Assembly: GCA_021498095.1 (NCBI GenBank)
Contig: JAIZWK010000001.1
Location: forward strand, 2,744,810 to 2,808,809
Reading direction: 5' to 3'
Origin: Candidatus Harpocratesius repetitus
GTDB lineage: Archaea; Asgardarchaeota; Lokiarchaeia; Sigyniarchaeales; Promethearchaeaceae
DNA length: 64,000 nt
This document shows positions 1 to 10,454 of the stretch, in pieces. Below the pieces are notes generated by a model. That model saw nothing but the letters and a program-made list of their open reading frames with translations. It had not been told where the DNA came from and made no database searches. The stretch's first letter is position 1, and the number at the start of each line of letters is the position of its first letter. Made by a program: the position numbers and the translations under genes.

Positions 1-1380
1 AATCTTTTCTACATGATTATCTCGAAGAGCGTCTTCTATTGGTATTTTTTCTACCTTTTCAATCATATCATACTTGCTGATCATCTCTAAAATGGTCATC
101 ACTTGTTTCCCATGCCCATACTGCTCATTTGCATCATACAAATTTCGCCAACAGAAGGGACATTCGGTTAGCATGATATCCGCACCTACTGCATCTGCTT
201 CATCCATGCGCAAATGTGATGTTCGAATACTAAATTCCGGATACTGTGCTCGTACACCACCACCTGCACCACAACAGAATGAATCCATTTTTATTCGATA
301 CATTTCGTTAAATTGCACTCCAGGAACGGCTTTAATAATTCGACGTGGAATTTCAAACCATTCGTTAACAACTTGATCTACCTTTCGCATATCAAGCATT
401 AAATTGCTGGATTTGTCAATAATACGTTCTTTAAACCATTCACCAAAATGACGCCCAGTATGACAAGGATCATGATATGTTACTACTTTTCCATCAAGTT
501 CTGGATTCTTTTTCAATTTGATTTTATCTTCAGCAACCATTTCTGAGATAAGCTCCATTGCATGGATAGTTTTGAATTTATTTGGTTTACCAGTCCACTT
601 AGGATAGTCAATGGTGAATGTCCGATAACATCCAGCACAGCTGAATAATATGATGTCATATTTCCCGAATAGTTCTAAGTTATGGTTCATACTTCGTTTG
701 GCTTCATCGATTAATCCAGTACGGAAAAATGGAGACCCACAACAAATTTCATCATCAAGGACAGTGATATCATATCCAATTTTATTCATTAAATCCGCAG
801 TAGCAACAGCAATGTTTTTTTGTCGATATGAAGCAGTACAACCTACAAAATATGCAATTTTCACATTTTTATTCAATATACTTTCAAATCCTGCATCTTT
901 TGCCCATTGCGTACGTTGATCCTTTGGACCACCATAAGGATTGTTTTTGGTTTTGGATGCATTTTCCATCCATGCATGCTTATTTAAAGGTTTCAAACCA
1001 GCTTCTATTACTGCAGCGCGTAAAGCTTCTATGATATCAACCGTTCTCACTTGGTTTTCGCATTGAGCACCACACATACCGCAAGTAATACAAGGGTACA
1101 GTACATCAGCAATTTCTTGACCTTGTCTTTTTAAATCTAAATCTCCTTCAAGCACAGCTCTAGCAATCCACATCTTTCCTGCATTCCAATAAGCTTCCCA
1201 TCCAAATTCAATTCCTGCCGGACATGCATTGACCATTCCTTCATATAAAACCGTATTTCCTGTATTTCCAGTGAATTCGCCAATACCTTCTCTGTTAGGA
1301 TCACCAGAATAAGCAAATCGACATGCTTTACAATGAATACAACGATAAATATCATTTTTTAATTCTTTTAATCGTTCCAT
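1..1380 (-). CDS. Fe-S oxidoreductase with two CCG domains (GlcF / HdrD / LutA-like), C-terminally truncated by window edge
   Basis: I translated the minus strand from the ATG at 1380-1378 and the frame stays open to position 1. The peptide starts MERLKELKNDIYRCIHCKACRF and has two ferredoxin-type motifs (CIHCKAC...CP and CITCGMCGAQC). It also has two CCG signatures (CCGSP and CCGAGGG). It is absent from the ORF track, presumably because there is no stop codon in the window. It lies immediately downstream of the GlcD-like gene on the same strand. Confidence 0.7.
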   Translation of the reverse strand, partial: MERLKELKNDIYRCIHCKACRFAYSGDPNREGIGEFTGNTGNTVLYEGMVNACPAGIEFGWEAYWNAGKMWIARAVLEGDLDLKRQGQEIADVLYPCITCGMCGAQCENQVRTVDIIEALRAAVIEAGLKPLNKHAWMENASKTKNNPYGGPKDQRTQWAKDAGFESILNKNVKIAYFVGCTASYRQKNIAVATADLMNKIGYDITVLDDEICCGSPFFRTGLIDEAKRSMNHNLELFGKYDIILFSCAGCYRTFTIDYPKWTGKPNKFKTIHAMELISEMVAEDKIKLKKNPELDGKVVTYHDPCHTGRHFGEWFKERIIDKSSNLMLDMRKVDQVVNEWFEIPRRIIKAVPGVQFNEMYRIKMDSFCCGAGGGVRAQYPEFSIRTSHLRMDEADAVGADIMLTECPFCWRNLYDANEQYGHGKQVMTILEMISKYDMIEKVEKIPIEDALRDNHVEKI

Positions 1381-1441
1381 AATATTCACCTTTTTTTTAT
1401 TATTATACATACCTTTTCCGATCATGCGAAGAACATGTGGT

Positions 1442-2941
1442 TTAAGGCAACATTAACCTCCCTGGGTGTAAGATATAATTTGGATCAAACATTTCTTTCA
1501 CTTTTCGCAAGTATTTTAAGTAAATGCCTGCTTTTGAGTATGTAGATGGAGCATGTACATATGGATCAGGGCGATAATTTATCCATCCTTTCTGTAAACA
1601 GTATTCTGTAGTTTCACGATTCATATCTTGAACCCGTTGGAAATCATCAGGGTTACTAGAATCAAAACACACAATTGGCATACAGATGGCTTGACGACAT
1701 CGTTCGATAGATGCTATCCACATTACTTCAGGGAATCCATATTTTTTCAGAATAGAATTATAATATTCTGCAAAAGCTGCACTTTCATTCCAAGGTGTAT
1801 ACCAGGTAATAAATAAGAATCCCGCTTCCCAATAACTGTAAGGAATTGCAATTTTGTTTGGTTTTCTCAATCGTGACTCAATTTGCTTGGGATGGAGTTT
1901 CCATTCAACAATTGAATCTGGATCAATACATTTATCTGATTTTTTGAATTCTGCAGCATATTTATCAATGGTTTTGATGACATTATCCATTTCTTCTTGA
2001 GTTTGAGCCCAAATTTCCCAATTCATCCACCATTTTGGAACGCCAATTTTTTTATAGAAGCTATAATCGTGCGGGACCTTATCTTTAGGCCATCGAGTCA
2101 TAACTAAAGGCCAATTTCCTCCTTGAACCATAACTGTATTATGAGCAATTCCAAATTCAAGTTTACCTAGTTCTAATGTAAGATTCTGCATATCTGTCGG
2201 ATTTCCCATTGCATAGGCTTTAATTGTCTTATAATGAGGATGAGGAAAGATTTTAACTATTCCTTTTGTAACGACCCCCATAGTTCCTTGCGAACCCATT
2301 AATGTAGAGAATAATTCAGGACCTAAACCCCATCTATAAAATGGTTTTGCGCCATTTAGTGCCATTGATCCATAATTTAAAATATCACCTGCTGGAACAA
2401 CTACTTCAGCACCCATAAAGATTTCTCCTTGAGGACCCATACTTGAAGTAACTAAACTGAATCCACGATCAATTCCATCACCAAGTACTGTAGCCGCAGG
2501 AGGTGCACCATCTGCGATAGGTGGGATATATGCAGGATGATGCTTTTTCATGTATGCCCATAATTCTCCATTTGTAACCCCAGGTTCAATAATTGCATAA
2601 CGATTATCTTCATCAATTTCAATGATACGATTCATTCGACTCATATCAAGCACGATTCCACCGGGGCGTGTTACCGGACAAGCAAAACCTCCTGAAAGTC
2701 CCGCTGAAATGGGTGAAACAGGGATTTTACGATCTGAACACCAGATGAGTATTTTTCGTACTTCTTCTGTATAACGAGGGCGAACCACACAATCTGCAAT
2801 GGAAGCTTCTAAACCCATAACAGATCTTGACATGTATGCAGCAGTTACTGCTGGGTTAGCACTCACATAACGTTTGCCTACAACGGATTCGAAATATTCA
2901 ATATCCTTGGCTTCAACTTTATTATATTCCATATTTTTCAA
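1442..2941 (-). CDS. FAD-linked oxidase (GlcD / D-lactate dehydrogenase family)
   Basis: 499 aa with an FAD_binding_4-type N-terminal half (PVSPISAGLSGG) and the overall architecture of glycolate oxidase subunit D-like enzymes. It forms an operon-like pair with the CCG-domain Fe-S protein at 1-1380. Confidence 0.7.
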   Translation of the reverse strand: MKNMEYNKVEAKDIEYFESVVGKRYVSANPAVTAAYMSRSVMGLEASIADCVVRPRYTEEVRKILIWCSDRKIPVSPISAGLSGGFACPVTRPGGIVLDMSRMNRIIEIDEDNRYAIIEPGVTNGELWAYMKKHHPAYIPPIADGAPPAATVLGDGIDRGFSLVTSSMGPQGEIFMGAEVVVPAGDILNYGSMALNGAKPFYRWGLGPELFSTLMGSQGTMGVVTKGIVKIFPHPHYKTIKAYAMGNPTDMQNLTLELGKLEFGIAHNTVMVQGGNWPLVMTRWPKDKVPHDYSFYKKIGVPKWWMNWEIWAQTQEEMDNVIKTIDKYAAEFKKSDKCIDPDSIVEWKLHPKQIESRLRKPNKIAIPYSYWEAGFLFITWYTPWNESAAFAEYYNSILKKYGFPEVMWIASIERCRQAICMPIVCFDSSNPDDFQRVQDMNRETTEYCLQKGWINYRPDPYVHAPSTYSKAGIYLKYLRKVKEMFDPNYILHPGRLMLP

Positions 2942-3145
2942 CCTAAACTTATAGTTATTAGCATTTTCCTACATGAAGATACAAACCTAAAAAAATTATA
3001 TATTAGGCATGCCTCCAAATACAATGCCAGATTTATAGGTACTATGAAAAGTGTGTAGGATATTTATAAGTGTCTAGCTTTCAATTTAGCGGAAAAGAAT
3101 GAAAAAATTAAAATTAACTGAAATAAAGTAATGAAAATCTATAGA

Positions 3146-6100
3146 TTATTCTTTATCATCTAAAATTAAATCATTGAAAACTGCAAAAAATATTTGTCTA
3201 TTTTTTACCGGAGCCATTAACACACTAAGTTTAAATTCTTTTAATCCAATCATTGTTATTATTTCTAATTTTTCTGAATAAATTTGTCCTTTCTTTAATC
3301 CTCTTAATTTCTCTAAAATTTTATCATATGTATTCATTTTTTTTTGTAATAAAGGTTCAAGCTTTCTTGCTCTATTTCTCTCTAGGTTTCTATGAGAAAT
3401 GTTTAATTTTATTTCATCGTTATTCAATTTATTTTGAAATGCCAAATTTGTAAAAAGAAAGTTTAGATTATTTTTAGTTTTAATTTCGAAAATACATATT
3501 GGAATTTCAATATATCTTAATACTTCAATTAAATCACTATATATATCGATTTTTTTGTTTTTGTTTAATGCAAAACCAATTAATATTGCCACATTAAGAG
3601 CTAGTTTTCGTAAATGAGATGTAAATTCAAATGATTTTTGAGTAGATATTATTATTAAATGTCCAGCTATGATGTTATTCTTGAAGATTGGAACTTCAAC
3701 CATCTTTTCAATTCCTAAATGTTCCATAATCGTTCTAGCATCAAGTGGAAAATCCTTTGGCGTTAATGAACGAATAATTTCTGAAGGTCTTTTTTCATGA
3801 GCGATTATTTCAAAGTAATTAACAATAGGCATTTCCAGCAGGCTTAATTCTTGATTATTCTCTGGATTTTTTTGCCATATTTCACGAATTTCAAATGTGA
3901 TATTTCTATAAGAAAAATCTCGTTCTAGAGCATATATATAATCTACCTTAATTGTTTTACCTAAAGTACGAAGAATTGGAGCAATATTCACTCTTGAATG
4001 ATGAGAATCATGAATTAACATAGATGAAATCATAGAAATTACATTAGAGTATTGTAGATTCAATTCTCTATCGCGCAATTCTCTTTCTTTCCTTCGAATT
4101 TCTGTAATATCGCGTGAAACACATAAGAATGAAACGATTTCTCCTTCACTATTAAGTAATGGTCTGGTTTTTGTTTGAAGTAATAAATAAATTCCAGATT
4201 GTTTTCTGAATCTATATTCTATATTTGAGTCATTATTATTACCAGATTTGATTTTTCTAAGGTTTCCCAAGAATAATTCTTTATCGTCAGGATGAATTAA
4301 ATAATGATGATTTAATTGATCAAGAATTTCTTTTGAATAATTTAATTTTTCATAAACGCTATTATTTGCAAATAGAATTTTTCCATTTTCTTTAATAATA
4401 AATATCAAATCATCTGAAGTTTCAACCACATTTCGATATTTAGATTCAGATTCCCTTATTTTTTCTTCATCTTTTTTACGAGCGGTAATATTTCTTGTTA
4501 CTCCTCGAAAACCCTTAAGTTTTCCATCTTGAGTTAAAATACCTACACCATGTGTCTCTAAATAGACAATATTACCGTTTTTATGATAACATTCAAATAT
4601 ATAATTTTGAAATCCGTGATAACCTTGTTGATATAATAAACCTTTATTTATGTGATTGGAAAAATCTTTCCAAATTCTCTTTTTTACTTCAGGTTTAAGA
4701 GAAAGCATATCAAAAGATCTACCAATAAAATAATCTGGAGAATATCCAAGAATTTTATAGCAAGTGGGACTAATATAAACAAAATTTCCATGTATATCAA
4801 TTTCCCAAATAATATCACTGCTACTTTCAACTAAAGCATGAAATTTACGTTCACTTTCAGCCAATTTTATTCGAGCTAATTTTTCTTTAGTAATATCAAC
4901 TTGAGAAATAAACAATAATGGGCCTTTTTCGCTTTCAAATTTTGTTATGGAAATTAGTGCCCAATATGTAGAACCTAAAGCATTTTTAAATTGGATTTCG
5001 TATTTATCAATTCGTTCATTTTTTTCAAGAAGGTCTAAAATTATCTTTCGTTCTTCCATATTTGCATAAAGTGTCCTGGGATCAATATTTTTTACTTCTT
5101 CGCGTGAACATCCAAGTAATTTTAATTGGGTTTCATTTATTTCTAAAATATGTCCATTAAGATCGACAATTGCAATTCCAATTGGTGAATTTTGGAATAA
5201 TTTTTCATATTTAATCTCTGTTTCAGTTAAAATTGCTTGTGTATTTGTCATTGATGTTAAATCTTCTGTAATTACAATGATGTGCTCTATTATTTTTTTG
5301 TCATTATCAGATTGATTAATTAATTTTGATTTATTTGTTTTAAAAACAGGGAAAATGGTTAATTTAAATGATAGAGTTTCATTTAATGAAAGGTTTGGAA
5401 TTAAATTGTGATCCAATTGAATTAAAGGAATTTTTACAATTTCTCCTTTTAATACTTTTTTAACTTTTTCCATTAAACCTAATTTAATTAAGATTCTATC
5501 TTTGAACAAATTTAGTTCAAAATTTTTTTCTTTTAGTTTGTTCTTAAAAAATCTTTTAATAACAGGGTTACATGATTCAAAATACCCATTTCCATCAAAA
5601 ATAGTTGTTCCAAATGGATTAAAATTAATTACATTTTCTAAAATCTGCCTTTCTTGCGATAATTGAATTTCCACAGATTCTCTTTCCAAAGCATTTCCGA
5701 GTAAATCAGTATAGATTTTCAATAAAGTAAAATAATCTTTATTAACAATTTGATTCTCAAATCTAATTAATAGCGTTCCTATAATCATATCTTGATGTCG
5801 AATTGGAAAGAAAACTGAATAAGTTTCATCCATATTTCGGAATATATCTTGAAAAATTATTGGATAAAGTGGGTGATTCTTTGTATAACGAAAAGAAATC
5901 CATTCTTCACGTTGTAAAATTTGAAAAAATGGTGATTTCTTCTTTAAGAAGAATGAAGGATTTCCAATAAATGAGTAGTCATATCCATCTTTGATCCAAT
6001 AATTAATAAGATCTACTTTTATTGAATCAATTGAAAATGAATTTTCGGAATTTTGAATTATATTTTTAATTGTTCTATTTTGATGTTCTTTAAATTCGAA

Positions 6101-7843
6101 AAGCATAATTTCTGAGCATTTAATAAACTCAGAAATATCTGCAAAAGATTCTTCTATTATTCTGGAGATATCATATGATTTAATGAATTTAGCGGAGATT
6201 TCAGCTAATTTTTGTTGAAATTCAAGTCGAAATTTCAATTCTTTTTCAATTTTTCTTCGATTAGTTATATCAATAGCAAATACCATATGAGCAATAGTTT
6301 TTTTTTTCCATTTTATTAATCGAGTAGATAATAGATAATATTTTTGCAAAAATGAATTGTAATGTTCAAAACGAATAGATAAATTTTCAATGAAATGATT
6401 TTCATCCATTTTTGATAATGCAGGAGTTACTTTCTGTTGAAAATCAAATACAATGTCATCAATTGGGCCATAATGAATAGATAAATTTTTTAACTTTTGA
6501 TTAGCAAAAAGAATTTTTTGTTGATTTGGTTGATAAACATAAGTAATTTCAGGAAAACTATCAAAAATAGAAAGTAATTGCTCTCGCTCAAAATCTAATT
6601 CTGCTTTAACTTTAGTTTGTTGTGTTTTATCTTCAAACATGAAAATAATTCTTTCAACCTTCTTTTGATGATTAAATATTGGAAAAGCTATAATTCTTAA
6701 TGACAAATCCCAAAGAGGATATCTATTAAATTGATGTTTTTTCAAATTTAACAAAGGTATTTCTATTGTATTTCCATTAAGTAGACTTTGATATTTTTCT
6801 TCTAAATTATGTTCTTTTATGTTTGAAATATCAAATAGATGAAAATCTGATGGAAGTTGAAATCCAAGAATATTAATTAATGCATTGTTTGATTCGATAA
6901 AATTTCCTTCTTCATCAAAAATGGCAATACCATATGGATTAAGATGAAAGAAATCTTTTTGAGTCTTTGTTTCGATTTCTATACGTTCTTCTAGTTTTTT
7001 TTGATAATCTTCTAATTTTCGAGTGAATTGTAATTGAACTGATATGTCTTCAAATATAATAACAGGATAATACACTTGTTCTTCATTATCATAGAGAGAA
7101 AAAAAAGTAAGATTAAACCATTTTTTATTTAAATTATCTGTAGTTTTCCTTTCTAAATCATTAATTTCAAAATTAAGAGAAACTTTTTTCAAAACAAAAG
7201 AATTTCCCTTTTGAATTTCTCGCATTCCTTCATAAAACCCTTCTTTCTGTAATAATGTTGAATCATCATATAATGAATAGCTCTCAGATGGTTCATGATT
7301 AAAAATTTGATAAAAAGCTTTATTTGCATGTAAAAAATAACCTTTTGGATCAAAAATCGCTATTGCATATGGATTTGACTCAATTATTTTATCAAATAGA
7401 CGCTTATCTTCCAAGAATCGAGAGATTTGAGAAAATGAACGAGATTTAGTTTTGTTTGTATTATTATTTGAATTACTGTGATTCTCAATAATTAATAGAA
7501 ATAACTTTTGTGATGAATTTTGATGAGCTAAAGATAAATGAGCAATAATTGAATATTGTTGCGAAAAAGTATTAATTGTGAGTTCTAAAACCTCACAGTC
7601 TAAAAATTTTTCCTGTTCAATTATACCTTCAATCATATTTATTGATTTTTGCTCTAAAAATTCAAATATTGAGTGTTTTTCTAATTCTTCTGCATTGTAT
7701 TCTAAAAAATTTGCAGTAAAACTATTTACAAAAATGATATCTCCGTGGCTGGAAAAAATCAAGACTGGCTTCTCAATGTACTCAAATATACTTAAATCAA
7801 TAGTATTTAATTTCCAATCTGTCTTTTCCATTCCATAACTCAC
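3146..7843 (-). CDS. Large multi-PAS/GAF sensor protein (1565 aa) with no recognisable kinase or other output domain
   Basis: Repeated PAS-like modules run through the protein (motifs such as NPYGIAIFDxxG and a recurring FxNxAxxxxLGY pattern). The C-terminal ~150 aa look GAF-like. I could not find histidine-kinase H-box or ATPase G-boxes. Confidence 0.55.
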   Translation of the reverse strand: MSYGMEKTDWKLNTIDLSIFEYIEKPVLIFSSHGDIIFVNSFTANFLEYNAEELEKHSIFEFLEQKSINMIEGIIEQEKFLDCEVLELTINTFSQQYSIIAHLSLAHQNSSQKLFLLIIENHSNSNNNTNKTKSRSFSQISRFLEDKRLFDKIIESNPYAIAIFDPKGYFLHANKAFYQIFNHEPSESYSLYDDSTLLQKEGFYEGMREIQKGNSFVLKKVSLNFEINDLERKTTDNLNKKWFNLTFFSLYDNEEQVYYPVIIFEDISVQLQFTRKLEDYQKKLEERIEIETKTQKDFFHLNPYGIAIFDEEGNFIESNNALINILGFQLPSDFHLFDISNIKEHNLEEKYQSLLNGNTIEIPLLNLKKHQFNRYPLWDLSLRIIAFPIFNHQKKVERIIFMFEDKTQQTKVKAELDFEREQLLSIFDSFPEITYVYQPNQQKILFANQKLKNLSIHYGPIDDIVFDFQQKVTPALSKMDENHFIENLSIRFEHYNSFLQKYYLLSTRLIKWKKKTIAHMVFAIDITNRRKIEKELKFRLEFQQKLAEISAKFIKSYDISRIIEESFADISEFIKCSEIMLFEFKEHQNRTIKNIIQNSENSFSIDSIKVDLINYWIKDGYDYSFIGNPSFFLKKKSPFFQILQREEWISFRYTKNHPLYPIIFQDIFRNMDETYSVFFPIRHQDMIIGTLLIRFENQIVNKDYFTLLKIYTDLLGNALERESVEIQLSQERQILENVINFNPFGTTIFDGNGYFESCNPVIKRFFKNKLKEKNFELNLFKDRILIKLGLMEKVKKVLKGEIVKIPLIQLDHNLIPNLSLNETLSFKLTIFPVFKTNKSKLINQSDNDKKIIEHIIVITEDLTSMTNTQAILTETEIKYEKLFQNSPIGIAIVDLNGHILEINETQLKLLGCSREEVKNIDPRTLYANMEERKIILDLLEKNERIDKYEIQFKNALGSTYWALISITKFESEKGPLLFISQVDITKEKLARIKLAESERKFHALVESSSDIIWEIDIHGNFVYISPTCYKILGYSPDYFIGRSFDMLSLKPEVKKRIWKDFSNHINKGLLYQQGYHGFQNYIFECYHKNGNIVYLETHGVGILTQDGKLKGFRGVTRNITARKKDEEKIRESESKYRNVVETSDDLIFIIKENGKILFANNSVYEKLNYSKEILDQLNHHYLIHPDDKELFLGNLRKIKSGNNNDSNIEYRFRKQSGIYLLLQTKTRPLLNSEGEIVSFLCVSRDITEIRRKERELRDRELNLQYSNVISMISSMLIHDSHHSRVNIAPILRTLGKTIKVDYIYALERDFSYRNITFEIREIWQKNPENNQELSLLEMPIVNYFEIIAHEKRPSEIIRSLTPKDFPLDARTIMEHLGIEKMVEVPIFKNNIIAGHLIIISTQKSFEFTSHLRKLALNVAILIGFALNKNKKIDIYSDLIEVLRYIEIPICIFEIKTKNNLNFLFTNLAFQNKLNNDEIKLNISHRNLERNRARKLEPLLQKKMNTYDKILEKLRGLKKGQIYSEKLEIITMIGLKEFKLSVLMAPVKNRQIFFAVFNDLILDDKE

Positions 7844-8289
7844 ATACTGATTCTTTTTTTATTTTTTCTCTTTATCTCTTTTTCTTCTTACTAAAAATTA
7901 AATAATCATCAATTAAATAGCTGATAATATTATTTGAATTTTAATGTTTTAATACATTATTGTAATTACTAATAACTTTTTTTATGAATGTTTTGTTAGA
8001 CATTTCAAATTATTTTGCAATATTGCAATTATTTCATAATCCATAAAATTAAATTTATATTTTTTTAAGGATTTATCGTTGGAGAAAGAAAAAATTTATA
8101 AAGTATTTCTTTCAAGAACAATGCTCTAATAATAAAGATTATTAATTTTTTTCAAATTTAGAATTATATAATACAAGATAATTGTAAATCTTTAAGAAAT
8201 ATATAAATCAGTCAAAAAATAAAATCAAAATAATTCACCGTATTAAAAATGTAAATAAATAATGATTTCTTCCATAGGACGCTATAGTT

Positions 8290-9081
8290 ATGAATAAAAA
8301 ACTTGAACATCCAACAAAAGCTTTTCAATATCTTGATAAATGGCATAAAACTTCTCTTTCATCTATGGCAGATAATCAGCTTGCATATCTTCTTAAATTG
8401 CTAATAAACGATATGGAAAATCAAAATTATTCAATTTTTAAAGAATATATGAATCAAATTCTTTCTCATTTACCAATTAAAATTTTGCCTTTATTTTTAG
8501 AAAACATAATTCATTCAAACGATCCAGAATGGTTTCAACAAAATTGTATAAATTTTTTAATTCATGCAAATCGTCCTATTTACCAAATCAAAGGTCTACA
8601 AATTATTCAAAAAAATAATGATGAAACGCTGATTCCTCTAGCAATTCCTCTGATTTATCATTCACATCTTCCTTTACAACAAGAAGCTATAAAAACAATA
8701 ATTCAATTTCCATCAATCAGCGAACCAATTTTAGAAAACGCTTTAAGATCAAGAAGTGAAAAGAAATTAAATATAGTTAAGAAAGTGCTTAATCAGTTAA
8801 ATCCAAACAATATAAAACTAGCCGTAGCAGAATTAAATAATCCTGATTTTTTAATTAGAGTAAATGCATTGAAAATTTTAGGAAGCACTGGGGATAGGAA
8901 ATGGATAACAAAAATTCTCCCATTTTTAGAAGACGATGATATGGCGGTTAGAAAGGCAGCAATCGAAGCGCTTTCACAATTGGGAGGAAGAAAAGCAAAA
9001 CAAATACTAAGTCAAACTCTTATTCGAGAAGATTATCCTCCATTAAAACTGATTATTCAAAAGCAATTAAAAAAATGGTAA
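8290..9081 (+). CDS. HEAT/PBS-lyase-type repeat protein
   Basis: 263 aa, alpha-helical. It has repeats with an LxxLxxxGDxxxIxxLxxLLxDxDxxVRxxAxxAL-type signature, for example FLEDDDMAVRKAAIEALSQLG. Confidence 0.5.
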   Translation: MNKKLEHPTKAFQYLDKWHKTSLSSMADNQLAYLLKLLINDMENQNYSIFKEYMNQILSHLPIKILPLFLENIIHSNDPEWFQQNCINFLIHANRPIYQIKGLQIIQKNNDETLIPLAIPLIYHSHLPLQQEAIKTIIQFPSISEPILENALRSRSEKKLNIVKKVLNQLNPNNIKLAVAELNNPDFLIRVNALKILGSTGDRKWITKILPFLEDDDMAVRKAAIEALSQLGGRKAKQILSQTLIREDYPPLKLIIQKQLKKW

Positions 9082-9092
9082 TATTCTTTATT

Positions 9093-9728
9093 TCAATTTT
9101 GACTAATTAATTCTCCATTTTGATACACTTTACGTTTTAAAATTAATTCAATTGGAATATCTAAACCTTGAAAAATTTCAACTAAAGTTTGTGCTATACG
9201 TGTATTTTCTCTGATTTCGCGCAGATGAACGCGAAAATTAGAAGTATTTCGTTTTGAAAAGATCCATTTTTCTCGAAAATCTTTAGATTCACCTTCTTTT
9301 TTAGAAAATCCTAATAATTGCAATGATGAATGATATTTAAGCGAATTTAATGTTAATTTTTTATTCGTATCTCTATTATCTTCGGTTATATCTTCTACCA
9401 AAATAAAACTTAGATCTGAGATTTTTTCCGATGAAAGTGGAATAATCATAAATATAATTTTTAATTGTATTTTCCATTGATTTTTATCAAGATCTATCCT
9501 CAAATGCTTGATAGGTAAAATGAACCAGAGTAAAATTCCAAGAAATATAACATCCCAAAGTAATAACGCTAAATCAGAAGGATAACGTTTAATCCAAGCT
9601 AAAATTGAGAAAATTAGAAAAACTAGCAAAAATATGCTAATAGAATAAATCTGTTCTAGATTATCTTTCCAGTTTCGGATAATATCAATACGGTAGGGAG
9701 AATTTGGATCGAACTTAATTTCAACCAT
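9093..9728 (-). CDS. Membrane protein with two N-terminal TM helices and a possible PH-like (bPH) cytoplasmic domain
   Basis: 211 aa with two hydrophobic helices at residues ~30-75 followed by a beta-rich soluble part. It is divergent from the GTPase gene. Confidence 0.35.
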   Translation of the reverse strand: MVEIKFDPNSPYRIDIIRNWKDNLEQIYSISIFLLVFLIFSILAWIKRYPSDLALLLWDVIFLGILLWFILPIKHLRIDLDKNQWKIQLKIIFMIIPLSSEKISDLSFILVEDITEDNRDTNKKLTLNSLKYHSSLQLLGFSKKEGESKDFREKWIFSKRNTSNFRVHLREIRENTRIAQTLVEIFQGLDIPIELILKRKVYQNGELISQN

Positions 9729-9903
9729 AATATACTACTTACTTAGAAATTGGCTAATGATAAATTTTTTGATTAAAGAACACTAAATTAATTAAGGAAG
9801 TTGACCAACTTTTGTTAATACAATTAAAATAATTTAATCACATACATAATTCTGTTCTGAAAGTGGCTTCTATTATTCTCGCCGATGATAACAGTGAAAA
9901 AAA

Positions 9904-10443
9904 ATGTCAAGAGATATTGATTATACCTTCAAAATTCTTATGTTGGGTTCTGCATCTACAGGTAAATCTTCTTTATCTGATAGATACGTGCATGGAATAT
10001 TTTCTGAAGATATTAAACTTACAGTTGGAGTTGAATTCTTTGTAAAAACAATTCATTATAAAGATAAATTTGTGAAACTCCAAATTTGGGATCTCGGCGG
10101 AGAATCCAAATTTCGCTTTCTTCTGCCAACCTATTGTCTTGGATCGTCTGGTGCAATATTTCTTTTTGATCTTACCCGACCAGAAACATTACATGAACTT
10201 GATTCTTGGATCGGAATTGTTAGAGAAAAAAATAGTCAAATACCTATTTTCTTAGTAGGAAATAAAAAAGATCTAACAGATATTCGAAAAGTTCCTGAAG
10301 ATCATGGGATTCAAACTGCAATTCAAAATAATTTGACCGAATATATTGAAACATCAGCAAAATCCGGCGAAAATGTTGAATTTATTTTTCAAAGTTTAAC
10401 AGAACATATGTTAAAAAAGATTGAACGATTAAAACTGCATTAA
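9904..10443 (+). CDS. Rab/Ras-like small GTPase
   Basis: G1 is GSASTGKSS, the switch II/G3 motif is WDLGGE, G4 is GNKKD and G5 is SAK. Length is 179 aa. This is typical of Asgard-type eukaryote-like small GTPases. Confidence 0.8.
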   Translation: MSRDIDYTFKILMLGSASTGKSSLSDRYVHGIFSEDIKLTVGVEFFVKTIHYKDKFVKLQIWDLGGESKFRFLLPTYCLGSSGAIFLFDLTRPETLHELDSWIGIVREKNSQIPIFLVGNKKDLTDIRKVPEDHGIQTAIQNNLTEYIETSAKSGENVEFIFQSLTEHMLKKIERLKLH

Positions 10444-10454
10444 GAGGGGTAATC

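Noticed and set aside
74-1355. Four short ORFs from the track (74-376 +, 650-919 +, 828-1034 +, 1137-1355 -) inside the first 1.4 kb
   Set aside because: They fall within the long minus-strand CCG-domain Fe-S ORF (1-1380), on the opposite strand or in other frames. Their translations are low-complexity with no motifs, and the long frame gives a coherent conserved protein instead.
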